This document shows, piece by piece, positions 9,941 to 19,531 of a DNA stretch of 64,000 bases (position 1 is its first letter; each line of letters begins with the position of its first letter). Position numbers and translations under genes: made by a program. Location: positions 1,899,087 to 1,963,086 of the forward strand of contig OX638343.1 in the NCBI GenBank assembly GCA_951813075.1, in the 5' to 3' direction. Below the pieces are notes generated by a model. That model worked only from the letters and a program-made list of their open reading frames with translations. It searched no databases and was not told the DNA's origin. Origin of the DNA: Arenicellales bacterium. Its GTDB lineage: Bacteria; Pseudomonadota; Gammaproteobacteria; Arenicellales; JAJDZL01.

Positions 9941-10283
9941 CAACCAAAAGTACGATTGGCGCCTTTTTCATCCTTGAATCACACCTGCGCGCTCTCACTC
10001 TCCGATCGGAATCCCATAAAATCCGACAAAATTCGCTAAACCTGTGATGCTGTTTATGCAAAATAGAGTTCCGCATGGGAGCCACTGTATCCGGTAAGAT
10101 TACGCGAACAATATCCGCGAATCGTTCAAGCAACACCCGGCTAAGACACAATCTGTGGAAAATGAGATTGATCGATCTTGAAGTTGATCCTGTCTTTTCT
10201 CATTAAAAATCTTTAGCCCATGCCCAGCACTGACCGAGCCGCAATCAGCTCGCATTTACATAATGGAGCGCGGTTGTCAGATA

Positions 10284-11276
10284 TCAATCAGCAAGCTTGA
10301 AACCCGCGTCCAACAGTGCATTTTTCAAATCACTGTGATCCCCGGGCGATAGTTCTGTAAGCGGTGGACGAACCCGTCGCCATTCGGAGTCATTGCGAAA
10401 TTCGGCATGAACGGCTTTCAGCGCGGTCGAAAGAGGATAACGAGAAGCAATCTCGCGGATTCGATCTGCAGATCTTTGAGCTTCAGCGGCATCATTACCT
10501 TCGGCCCACAGATCATAAATACGCCGAATTCCGCCAGGATTGATATCTGCTGTGGCTGTAATTGTTCCGGCACCACCGATTTTCAGCGCTCGCAGCAATA
10601 ATACGTCTGTTCCGGGGAATATGCTGATTTGTGGAAAACTGCGAATGAACCCTTCGGTACTATCCCAGTCGCCCGATGAGTCTTTGATTCCCGCAATCAA
10701 TTCACCATGCGAGTCGATCAGCATTTCAATCAGTTCATGGCTGATCGGAACCGCACTCATTTTCGGAAAATGATAGAGTACGACTCGGATGTCGGGGGAA
10801 TTCACCAGATCCAGAACGCGCCGATAACTAAGACAGAGCCCTTCTACAGAAGGGTTTTTGAAGTAAAACGGCGGAAGCATCAAGACTTTGTTGCATCCTG
10901 CCTTCAGCGCGTGTCGGGTTACAGTTAACGCATCCGTAATTGATGGAAATCCGTTTCCTATCATCAATTTTTCAGGTGCGATACCTGATTCGATCACTTG
11001 TTCCAGTGCAATCATTCGTTCGTTCACCGAGAACGAGGAGGCCTCGCCTGTCGTGCCGAACAAACCGACACCATGACATCCAGAGGACAGCAACCAGGAT
11101 ATGTGATCACATAATTTGGGAGAATTTATGGAACCATCCTCGTGTATTGGTGTCAGACAAGGTGCCCAGACACCATATAGCTCAGAATTGCTGGTCTGAC
11201 CGCCAATCGATGATTCGGTTGCAGGAGTTGCGATGCCGAGATTCGATCTCGTGAAGTTGGTGTCAAATGAGTTCAT
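10284..11276 (-). CDS. Dihydrodipicolinate synthase/N-acetylneuraminate lyase family protein
   Basis: GTTGE motif (GLFGTTGEASS) and a conserved Lys region (IAGIKDSSGD), with a roughly 40-aa N-terminal extension. Substrate cannot be inferred. Confidence 0.75.
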   Translation of the reverse strand: MNSFDTNFTRSNLGIATPATESSIGGQTSNSELYGVWAPCLTPIHEDGSINSPKLCDHISWLLSSGCHGVGLFGTTGEASSFSVNERMIALEQVIESGIAPEKLMIGNGFPSITDALTVTRHALKAGCNKVLMLPPFYFKNPSVEGLCLSYRRVLDLVNSPDIRVVLYHFPKMSAVPISHELIEMLIDSHGELIAGIKDSSGDWDSTEGFIRSFPQISIFPGTDVLLLRALKIGGAGTITATADINPGGIRRIYDLWAEGNDAAEAQRSADRIREIASRYPLSTALKAVHAEFRNDSEWRRVRPPLTELSPGDHSDLKNALLDAGFKLAD

Positions 11277-11312
11277 ATTCTCTTTAGCATGTTTAGTTTG
11301 TGTAACGCTTTG

Positions 11313-11861
11313 CTATTTCTTGACCAGATGCTCCAGCAGTCGGGGCATGAGCTCGACGAGATTGCAAGGCCGGCTTCGATAGTCCAATTGATGCTCGATC
11401 AGCATGTCCCAGGCATCGGCGCAAGCTCCGGATGATCCAGGCAAACAAAAAATGTAAGTCGCATTGGAGACTCCGGCAAACGCTCTGGACTGGAGCGTGG
11501 ACGTTTTGATTTTCTCGTATGACAGCACTCGGAACATTTCTCCAAACCCACTGATTTCCTTGTCCAGCAAAGGACGAATTGCTTCGGGTGTGCCGTCTCG
11601 TCCCGTAACGCCGGTTCCACCGGTCGTCAGTACAACCTGAGTCTTCTCATCAACTATCCACTGACAAACCTGAGCTCTCACCCGGTGAATATCGTCAGGA
11701 ACAATCTGCTTGTCGATACAGACATGTCCCGACTTATTGATTCGTTCTACCAATAGTGATCCGGATTTGTCGTTTTCCGCGGTACGAGAGTCTGATATCG
11801 TCAATACTGCGATCGATACTGGAATGAACGATCTGGACTGATCTTTCTCTGTCATGTTCAA
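11313..11861 (-). CDS. moaB: Molybdenum cofactor biosynthesis protein B (MoaB/MogA fold)
   Basis: 182 aa with LTTGGTGVTGRD and GSSGA motifs typical of MoaB. Confidence 0.85.
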   Translation of the reverse strand: MNMTEKDQSRSFIPVSIAVLTISDSRTAENDKSGSLLVERINKSGHVCIDKQIVPDDIHRVRAQVCQWIVDEKTQVVLTTGGTGVTGRDGTPEAIRPLLDKEISGFGEMFRVLSYEKIKTSTLQSRAFAGVSNATYIFCLPGSSGACADAWDMLIEHQLDYRSRPCNLVELMPRLLEHLVKK

Positions 11862-12382
11862 TTCTGCCCACTAGTGTAAAACTTGCTGACGCTTCTCATC
11901 TTGGCTGGCGTTGATGGATAGGTCATCACAGTAGTGTTTGAAGTTTAACAACATTTTAGCAGTTGAGTGCTGATAAGGGGTTTGACTGACACTCTTTTTT
12001 TGAGAAGCAATAAAACGTCCTGATAGAGTGCAATTACGGTTCGCAGTACTCGTCGAAACTCAACAGGATGTGTTTGTCCGAGATTGACGAATATTTGAAG
12101 TCCGATCCAATCTATGATATCTCGAAATCTAAATCGCCGGTTGTAGAATACGTATCTCCAAGGTTGACAAAATCTGAGTCTCTTAGGTCACCAGACTTCC
12201 AATGCGAACTGAATAATTCAACCTCACAAGGATAATTCGGTTGAAAAACTCGTTAAATTGAGGCAAAATCTCAGTTTGTTTTTACGATTACATGTAATAG
12301 ACTAGAATAATTGACGGATTTACATCCACCGTCAATCTACTCACAATGTTCATCCAAATCGCAATCAAGGTAGGATAAATCA

Positions 12383-12901
12383 ATGAAAACTGTTTCAAGG
12401 ATTATTGCGTCAGTCACAATTCTTGCTTTGACGCTCGGGGTTTCAATTACATCGGCCGCAGAAGGTAAGCTTAGCGTTAGGAAAGGAATCATCGTGAGCG
12501 CCACTTCTGACGTTGTATGGGACTTGCTCGGAGATTACAACTCGATGGAAATTTGGCACCCTGCAGTCTTGAATAGTATTCTAGTTGGTGACGGAGTCAC
12601 AGCCGGGAGCCGCAGATTACTCATCATTCCCGGAGTCGGGACCATTGCAGAGGAGTTGATTTCACATAGTGATGAGACCATGACTTTGGTTTATCGGATT
12701 GTTGATAGCCCTCTTCCAATTACGAATTATGTTTCAACGCTTCAAGTTGAAGCTACCAGAGACCCTAAAGATAAAACAAGCAAAATTTTATGGAAATCGA
12801 CATTCGATGCAAAAGGTGATGCCCCTGAAGAACAGGGAATTGAAATCGTTACAGGCGTCTATAAGGCTGGTCTGGAAGCGGTTCGACAGAGGTTTGAATA
12901 G
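12383..12901 (+). CDS. Secreted SRPBCC-superfamily protein (MxaD-like)
   Basis: 172 aa with signal peptide MKTVSRIIASVTILALTLGVSITSAA and a polyketide-cyclase/START-like sequence. It leads the operon next to the quinoprotein dehydrogenase genes. Confidence 0.65.
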   Translation: MKTVSRIIASVTILALTLGVSITSAAEGKLSVRKGIIVSATSDVVWDLLGDYNSMEIWHPAVLNSILVGDGVTAGSRRLLIIPGVGTIAEELISHSDETMTLVYRIVDSPLPITNYVSTLQVEATRDPKDKTSKILWKSTFDAKGDAPEEQGIEIVTGVYKAGLEAVRQRFE

Positions 12902-12939
12902 TCGCAAGTTAATGTTCCAACAAGTAACAACGAAAAGTT

Positions 12940-14151
12940 ATGACGAACAGTCGAAATTTAATTTGCGGAATTCTGAGTTTCATTTTCGCTACGATTCTAT
13001 GCGCGAATCCGGTTTTAGCTGCTGAAGTTGAAGTTAACATAGCCTATCTGGGAATTGAGGAAGAACCTCACATTCCTCTTTCCTTGGTTGAACTTCCCGT
13101 TGAGGACAATGGAGTTCGCGGCGCAGAACTCGCACTGAAAGACAACATTACTACAGGCTCATTTCTAGGGCACAAGTACGATTTAAAAGTAGCCCATCCT
13201 GAATCAGCACATCTCCGAGACACATTTTTAAACTCCCTCAATGAGAACATACGAATTTTCATTGTTGATCTGCCCATAAAGGAGTTACTTGAGATCAGTC
13301 AGCTTCCTGAGGCAAAAGCCTCGCTACTCTTTAACATTCGCGCCCCCGACGACGAGTTGAGAAACGATTTGTGCCAGGCAAATACACTGCACATACTTCC
13401 TAGCAGAGCGATGCTTGCTGATGCACTCGCGCAGTATCTAGCGTGGAAACGCTGGTATAAGTGGATACTGATCAGTGGCCAAACGAGTGTCGATCAAGCA
13501 TTTGCGAAGGCAGTTCGTCGATCTGCCAAAAGATTTGGAGCAAAAATTATTGACGACATCACATGGGAATTCAAACCAGGGGCACGGCGCACGGATTCGG
13601 GACACGTAACTGAACAACAGGTCATTCCCAGTGCAACCCAAACCCGCGATTATGACTTCGCAATTGTGGCAGACGAGGCTGATCATTTTGGAGAATATTT
13701 GAGCTATCGAACCTTTCGTCCCAGGCCGGTTGGGGGAACTCAGGGATTAGTCCCCACTTCGTGGCATCGTTCTCACGAACAATGGGGTGGAACACAGTTA
13801 CAGCGCCGATTCAAGAAACTGGCAGATCGGGATATGACACCTCGTGATTATTCCGCCTGGGTTGCAATGCGTGCTATAGGAGAAGCGGTGGTTAAGGCGA
13901 ATAGTGGCGATTCGTCGGAAATACGAGCCGCATTATTCGACCCGAACTATAAACTGGCAGCATTCAAAGGGGTGCCATTGACGTTTCGCACTTGGAATGG
14001 ACAACTACGCCAGCCAATACTCGTTTCCGGACCCAAAGCACTCATTACAGTTTCCCCCCAACGTCAGTTTCTTCACGAACGCTCACCTCTAGACACGTTG
14101 GGATACGATCTTCCCGACAGTCTGTGTCAAGAGTTTTCATCTATCGAATAA
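12940..14151 (+). CDS. Periplasmic binding protein (Leu/Ile/Val-binding fold), PQQ-dehydrogenase-associated ABC system (PedA1-like)
   Basis: 403 aa with a signal peptide. It is followed by beta-propeller, ATPase and ABC-2 permease genes in the PedA1A2BC order. Confidence 0.7.
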   Translation: MTNSRNLICGILSFIFATILCANPVLAAEVEVNIAYLGIEEEPHIPLSLVELPVEDNGVRGAELALKDNITTGSFLGHKYDLKVAHPESAHLRDTFLNSLNENIRIFIVDLPIKELLEISQLPEAKASLLFNIRAPDDELRNDLCQANTLHILPSRAMLADALAQYLAWKRWYKWILISGQTSVDQAFAKAVRRSAKRFGAKIIDDITWEFKPGARRTDSGHVTEQQVIPSATQTRDYDFAIVADEADHFGEYLSYRTFRPRPVGGTQGLVPTSWHRSHEQWGGTQLQRRFKKLADRDMTPRDYSAWVAMRAIGEAVVKANSGDSSEIRAALFDPNYKLAAFKGVPLTFRTWNGQLRQPILVSGPKALITVSPQRQFLHERSPLDTLGYDLPDSLCQEFSSIE

Positions 14152-14173
14152 AATTATTATTTGGAGGTTGATT

Positions 14174-15166
14174 GTGAATACTTACATCAAGAATTTCGTT
14201 TTTAGTGCTTCATTCGCATCAGCATTATTCATTGGAACAATGAACTGGGCAAGCGCTTATTCAATCTATGTTTCAAATGAGAAAGACAATACCATTTCAG
14301 TTATCGATAGTGAGCTTCTTGAAGTAATTCACACAGCTGAAGTAGGAGAACGACCGCGTGGCATAGAACTGAGCAAGGATAAGAACTACCTATATATCTG
14401 CGCCAGTGATGACGATATCGTAGAAGTCATGGATCTCGAAACCTATGAAATCGTACATACCCTTCCGTCCGGTCCCGACCCCGAACTAATGGTTCTCGGA
14501 CCCGAAGGTAAGTTACTCTACGTGGCAAATGAAGACGATAATCTGGTCACTGTGGTTGATGTAGAGAATCGACGGGTGGTTGTGGAAATTCCAGTTGGAA
14601 TTGAACCCGAAGGACTCGGGATTAGTCCGGATGGCAAATGGCTCGTAAATACGTCAGAGACCACCAACATGGCCCATTTCATCAACTTGGAAACCAACCA
14701 GGTTGAATACAACGTACTGGTGGACACTCGTCCAAGAGTCGCGCAGTTCACTGCGGATGCGAAACAGGTTTGGGTATCTTCTGAAATTGGCGGAACTGTT
14801 GCCGTGATTGACACCGAAAGCCACGAAATTATCAAAAAAATTGGTTTTGAGATTTCAGGTATTCGTCCGGAGTCTGTTCAACCCGTCGGCATAAAAATCA
14901 GTCACGATCAATCTAAAGTTTTCGTCGCTTTGGGACCGGCAGCTCGAATTGGAGTGATCGATAGAGAAACACTGGAAGTCGTTGACTATCTGCTTGTGGG
15001 ACAAAGAGTTTGGAACTTGGATTTATCTCCGGATGGAACTAGGGTTTATACAACCAATGGCGTGAGTAATGATGTCTCTGTCATTGATGTAAACTCACTG
15101 AAGGTCCTAAAGTCTATCCCTGTAGGCAGATTGCCTTGGGGCGTCTTGACTAGAGAAGAGTCATAG
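14174..15166 (+). CDS. YVTN-family beta-propeller repeat protein (PedA2-like, PQQ-catabolism associated)
   Basis: Repeated ...YV.N...D.VSVID... blades (YVSNEKDNTISVID, YVANEDDNLVTVVD, YTTNGVSNDVSVID). GTG 14174 sits 6 nt after GGAGG. The ORF track starts 6 nt earlier at TTG 14168. Confidence 0.8.
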   Translation: MNTYIKNFVFSASFASALFIGTMNWASAYSIYVSNEKDNTISVIDSELLEVIHTAEVGERPRGIELSKDKNYLYICASDDDIVEVMDLETYEIVHTLPSGPDPELMVLGPEGKLLYVANEDDNLVTVVDVENRRVVVEIPVGIEPEGLGISPDGKWLVNTSETTNMAHFINLETNQVEYNVLVDTRPRVAQFTADAKQVWVSSEIGGTVAVIDTESHEIIKKIGFEISGIRPESVQPVGIKISHDQSKVFVALGPAARIGVIDRETLEVVDYLLVGQRVWNLDLSPDGTRVYTTNGVSNDVSVIDVNSLKVLKSIPVGRLPWGVLTREES

Positions 15167-15201
15167 AGTAATTGGGGCTCGCTTGAGTTGTTCGTCTTGC
15201 T

Positions 15202-15963
15202 GTGGGAGAATCAAAGGCAAATTCACAAATCGCGCTGAACGTTGACAAAGTCAGCTATCGTTATCCCACCATATTGGCACTGAATGATGTCAGTTTTTCC
15301 ATTGAAGCGGGAACTTTTACGGTACTGCTGGGAGCCAACGGGGCTGGCAAAACGACCCTGTATTCACTGGCGACACGACTTTTCAATACCCAGACAGGCA
15401 ATATTCACATTTTCGGTTTACATCTGAAAAAAAACTCGTCGCAAGCACTGAAAAAAATTGGAGTTGTATTTCAGCGTCAAACACTTGATGTTGATTTAAC
15501 CGTAAAACAAAATTTGCGTTATCACGCAGCATTGCACGGATTGAAACGCAAAGACGCTATTGAACGCGTAAATTTGCGTATGGAAAAACATGAACTGATC
15601 GACCTCGCCGATCGCAAAGTAAATCAGCTAAGTGGAGGGCAACGGCGGCGAATTGAAATCGCTCGAGCGCTTATCCACGAACCCAGGCTTCTGCTGCTGG
15701 ATGAACCGACCGTCGGGCTGGATATCCAAAGCAGACAAGACTTCATCACCCATACCAGAAATCTGTGCAAAGAAGATGGCGTCAGCGTAATGTGGTCAAC
15801 CCATTTAATTGACGAAGTTTACCCGGACGATTCTCTGATCGTTTTGAGAAAGGGTGAAGTTGCGGATTTTGGCATGGTCGCCGAAGTATTGAAACGCACC
15901 GCGACAAACTCAGTCGCAGAAGCATTTCATAAATTGAATAATGCCGAGAGCAATTCGGAATGA
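15202..15963 (+). CDS. ABC transporter ATP-binding protein (PedB-like)
   Basis: Walker A GANGAGKTT, signature LSGGQRRR, Walker B LLLLDEP. Confidence 0.9.
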   Translation: MGESKANSQIALNVDKVSYRYPTILALNDVSFSIEAGTFTVLLGANGAGKTTLYSLATRLFNTQTGNIHIFGLHLKKNSSQALKKIGVVFQRQTLDVDLTVKQNLRYHAALHGLKRKDAIERVNLRMEKHELIDLADRKVNQLSGGQRRRIEIARALIHEPRLLLLDEPTVGLDIQSRQDFITHTRNLCKEDGVSVMWSTHLIDEVYPDDSLIVLRKGEVADFGMVAEVLKRTATNSVAEAFHKLNNAESNSE

Positions 15964-16772
15964 ACTTCGTCAGTTATTACCGATGTTTTCAAGGAATTGG
16001 AATTCGGGAAGGGTTAAGATTCGTCCATCAGCGAGGACGATTTTTTTCTGCACTGGTACGCCCGCTCGTATGGCTGTTTATTTTTGCGGCCGGATTTCGA
16101 TCAGTACTCGGTGTATCAATGATTGCCCCGTACGAAACTTACGTCCTGTATGAAGAGTACATTACACCAGGCCTTGTCGGCATGATTTTACTTTTCAACG
16201 GAATGCAAAGCTCCCTGTCAATGGTTTACGACCGGGAAATGGGGAGCATGCGAGTACTATTGGTGAGTCCACTCCCGAGATGGTATCTGTTGTCGTGCAA
16301 ACTTATGGCAGGAGTTTCAGTTGCCGTAATTCAAGTTTACGTATTTTTGCTAATTTCATTTTTTTGGGACGTGGAGCCACCGCTGATTGGATATCTAGCC
16401 GTACTTCCAGCCTTATTCGTTTCAGGACTGATGCTGGGTGCTATGGGGTTACTGTTGTCTTCGCTAGTCAAACAATTGGAAAATTTCGCTGGGGTGATGA
16501 ATTTCATCATATTCCCCATGTTCTTCGCATCCTCCGCACTTTATCCACTGTGGAGAGTAAGAGACTCCAGTTTATTGCTTTACTATTTCTGTGAATTTAA
16601 TCCATTCACACATGCAGTTGAATTAATTCGGTTTGCACTTTATGGTCAATTCAATTCTACCGCCGCAATTGTCGTTTTAAGCGTGCTGATTGTGTTCCTG
16701 TGCGGCTCGATTTACGGATACGATCCTTCGCGCGGGTTTATGGCAAGGCGCCCTGGTGGAGGTGGAGGCTAA
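15960..16772 (+). CDS. ABC-2 type transporter permease (PedC-like)
   Basis: 270-aa polytopic membrane protein. ATGA start/stop overlap with the ATPase gene. Confidence 0.85.
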   Translation: MNFVSYYRCFQGIGIREGLRFVHQRGRFFSALVRPLVWLFIFAAGFRSVLGVSMIAPYETYVLYEEYITPGLVGMILLFNGMQSSLSMVYDREMGSMRVLLVSPLPRWYLLSCKLMAGVSVAVIQVYVFLLISFFWDVEPPLIGYLAVLPALFVSGLMLGAMGLLLSSLVKQLENFAGVMNFIIFPMFFASSALYPLWRVRDSSLLLYYFCEFNPFTHAVELIRFALYGQFNSTAAIVVLSVLIVFLCGSIYGYDPSRGFMARRPGGGGG

Positions 16773-16818
16773 AATATTGAACAGAAATAAAAACAGATTT
16801 TTGAATCACAGTCGAACA

Positions 16819-17436
16819 ATGTTTCAACGAAAGTCTATTTTTTCGATCATACTGCTTATTACGCCCCTGGTATCTTCAGCTCAGTTCGGGCAGGATCCTG
16901 ATTGGCCTTGCATTCAAAGACTGGTTGTAGATGTAGCACCGGGTGTCATTTGGAATGGTCCCGATCCATTTGAATACGGACCTGGATGGGAAGACTCCGT
17001 GGAAATCGTCCAAATCGTCAATCAAGTTACTGGACGACGGACAGATATGGACATAGCTACAAATCTGATTCATGAATTCTCAGACAATCAGACACCCGAC
17101 ACCAAAAACAAGAATTTAACAAAACTGTTTTATGGGGTATGGGACACAATGAACAATCAGAGAAAAAGATACATAAAAAAGATTATTAAGTTTTCCCGGC
17201 ACCAGCAGGCTTTAGCAGTTCAAGTTGAAGCATTACTGAACCAGCTAGAAGAATCCAGTAATAAACCGGAGGCCGTCGAGAATTTAGAGTACCAGCAAAT
17301 TGAATCCACCTTGAACTGGCACCAGCGAATTTATGATCAACGCGAGAGATCTATGAAAAGTATTTGCGATCAGCCCGTTTTGATTGAGGAGCATCTAGGA
17401 AAAATCGCCCGAATAATATTGGCACAACTCAATTAA
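16819..17436 (+). CDS. Hypothetical secreted protein, last gene of the Ped-like ABC operon
   Basis: Start chosen at MFQRKSIFSIILLITPLVSSAQ (signal peptide). The longer track ORF from 16690 overlaps the permease gene. I recognised no family. Confidence 0.55.
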   Translation: MFQRKSIFSIILLITPLVSSAQFGQDPDWPCIQRLVVDVAPGVIWNGPDPFEYGPGWEDSVEIVQIVNQVTGRRTDMDIATNLIHEFSDNQTPDTKNKNLTKLFYGVWDTMNNQRKRYIKKIIKFSRHQQALAVQVEALLNQLEESSNKPEAVENLEYQQIESTLNWHQRIYDQRERSMKSICDQPVLIEEHLGKIARIILAQLN

Positions 17437-17489
17437 TTCGACGCAGTCAATTCGGTTTCTATGCGGACTGGTTCCGGCTAAATATTGAT

Positions 17490-18083
17490 TCACTGTCCAA
17501 CTACATAAGGCAAAAGCTTTTCCACATCATCCTCAAACACAGTCCATCCGCTAACCCCCTCCGGAAACCAATAAACATTTTCGTAACCGTACTCCAAAGC
17601 ACGTTTGGCTGCATTCCAAGACATCCAACAATCGGGACGACAATAAAACATCAAACCTTTGTATTTTCCAATTTCAGTCACTTCTTCAAGAGCTCGCTGA
17701 AAGTATTGCTCTAAATCTGCATTGAGCCGTCCTCTTCCTACATCCGGTAACCATACAGATCCGGGTATGCCAAAATGTGGCGGTGGAATCCACAAGACAT
17801 TCGACTCAAGATCTAGAGGTTTTCGTTGCGCCGGTACTACATCGATGGGAATGACCAACCGAGTTTCAAGCAATGACTTGACTTGATCGGGTTGTAAAAC
17901 TGTTGCACCGCTTAACGTTTCCGGTACTGGTGCATCGTAGTGGTCCAGCCGATATTCAGACGGTTCTGGAACCGAATCCAATCCATGAATGACTTGGGTA
18001 TGGGTTAGGACGCCAGTGAATAATACTAACGAGCTGATTGTAATTCGAATTACATGATCAGTCAGTTTTAGCACCGTTTGCAA
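17490..18083 (-). CDS. Rhodanese-like periplasmic protein of the PQQ-catabolism-associated CXXCW-motif family
   Basis: 197 aa with an N-terminal hydrophobic leader and the motif FYCRPDCWMSWNAAKRA. It lies immediately downstream of xoxJ. Confidence 0.7.
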   Translation of the reverse strand: MQTVLKLTDHVIRITISSLVLFTGVLTHTQVIHGLDSVPEPSEYRLDHYDAPVPETLSGATVLQPDQVKSLLETRLVIPIDVVPAQRKPLDLESNVLWIPPPHFGIPGSVWLPDVGRGRLNADLEQYFQRALEEVTEIGKYKGLMFYCRPDCWMSWNAAKRALEYGYENVYWFPEGVSGWTVFEDDVEKLLPYVVGQ

Positions 18084-18921
18084 TTGGCCTTCCTAATTCA
18101 TCCAGCAAAGGAACATGGTAAGAAACAAGAATTTCGTCAATTTTTGGCTGTAACTTCCGAAGAATTCGGTTTACTTTTCTTTTCCACTCTACCTCGTTGT
18201 AACGAGTTGCCATAGAAATTCGGAAATCAAGCCTGATCTGCGGATTTTCCTCGAGTAAGGGAATGACTTTAAACTCTACATCAGATTTTGCAGCATAGTA
18301 ACTACCTATCGGGCCCCACACGAGCGCAACGTCGATGTCTCCTTTCTCCAATTCATTGGTAATCAATTCTCCGACTGTGACTCTTCGTGTATCCACTACC
18401 AATTGATATCCTTTGGCTTGGGCACTTAATCCGTGCAGCGCAAGCAGTGTAGCTGGCGGTGTTCCGGCTACGACGCCAATTCGTTTGCCCAGCAATTGAG
18501 GATCAGCTATTCGGGTCGCAGTCAAACCAGAATCGGCTCGATAAATCATGGTGTAGATAGAACGGTAATAGGGGTTGGTATTCTGAACCAGCTCGCTTGT
18601 AGTCGAAATTCCGGCAATCAGATCACATAAACGAATTCGAAGAGTGTTTCGAACAAACCCAATAGTTTGCGGCCACCACGTATACTTCACCGGGAGATTT
18701 AATTCATCAGCAACCAGATCAATAATCTTGTTCTCAAATCCCTCCTCCTTGTCGTTTGAAAATGGTAGATTACTTGGATCTGCACAAACCCGCAGATAAT
18801 TTGTCGCTAACGCCTGACTCGTTGCACCTTCGGCGTGCAGTTCTGAGTGCCCGGAAAATAAGATCAGAAGACAAAATATCTTTGTAAGGAATTCTCGAGC
18901 ATTAACTTGGAGGACATGCAT
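18058..18921 (-). CDS. xoxJ: Quinoprotein-dehydrogenase-associated periplasmic binding protein (MxaJ/XoxJ-like, SBP family 3)
   Basis: 287 aa with a signal peptide, positioned xoxF-xoxG-xoxJ. Shows the conserved LRVCADPSNLPFS block. Confidence 0.8.
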   Translation of the reverse strand: MHVLQVNAREFLTKIFCLLILFSGHSELHAEGATSQALATNYLRVCADPSNLPFSNDKEEGFENKIIDLVADELNLPVKYTWWPQTIGFVRNTLRIRLCDLIAGISTTSELVQNTNPYYRSIYTMIYRADSGLTATRIADPQLLGKRIGVVAGTPPATLLALHGLSAQAKGYQLVVDTRRVTVGELITNELEKGDIDVALVWGPIGSYYAAKSDVEFKVIPLLEENPQIRLDFRISMATRYNEVEWKRKVNRILRKLQPKIDEILVSYHVPLLDELGRPIANGAKTD

Positions 18922-18957
18922 CGCATCTACCTGATATCTCGAGACTAAGTACTCAAA

Positions 18958-19389
18958 TTATCTCTTCTTTTGAGGTCGTCCCGGCCCGAGTGCACCATCG
19001 GAACGTGCCTTTACATACGCATAGATATCATCCAGATATTTAACAATGTCTGGATTTGTTGAAAAACCAAGCATTACATTTGGTTGTCCTTGTGGAGTTG
19101 TTCCAACTCTACCTTCTAATACCGTTTTTTTGAATTCGTCATAGGTCAGCGTTTTCAGAGATTCAACCAGCGATGGGCCGATCGTACTGCCTAGTGCATC
19201 AGGTCCATGGCAAGTATGACAAATACCATGAAATCTACGATACCCATTGTAAGTACCCTTATCGACTTTTCCATCAACAATCGTATACGGGGTGTCTTGC
19301 GCTGAACTGCTTAAGGGTAAGAATCCGGTTCCTACAATCAGAGCGGATATTCCAATGAAAAAAGAAACTAAAAATCGAGTAAATTTCAT
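18958..19389 (-). CDS. xoxG: Mono-haem c-type cytochrome (XoxG / cytochrome cL or c550-type electron acceptor)
   Basis: 143 aa with a signal peptide and a single CHTCH haem-binding motif. Directly downstream of xoxF. Confidence 0.85.
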   Translation of the reverse strand: MKFTRFLVSFFIGISALIVGTGFLPLSSSAQDTPYTIVDGKVDKGTYNGYRRFHGICHTCHGPDALGSTIGPSLVESLKTLTYDEFKKTVLEGRVGTTPQGQPNVMLGFSTNPDIVKYLDDIYAYVKARSDGALGPGRPQKKR

Positions 19390-19448
19390 AACTGCAGAAT
19401 GAGGTTAAATAGACAATGAATGGATTTGGTGTCAATCAAATATGTGAA

Positions 19449-19491
19449 GCAACAAAATAGCGACGCCCATTTCTCAATTGAAATGGGCGTC
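19449..19491 (-). terminator. Strong stem-loop between xoxF and xoxG, read as an intrinsic terminator or attenuator
   Basis: Perfect 12-bp stem gacgcccatttc (19462-19473) pairing with gaaatgggcgtc (19480-19491), 6-nt loop. On the minus strand it is followed by GCTATTTTGTTG. On the plus strand an A8 tract flanks it. Confidence 0.7.
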
Positions 19492-19531
19492 AATAAAAAA
19501 AATTAATAGTTATCGACTGATTGATTGTGAA

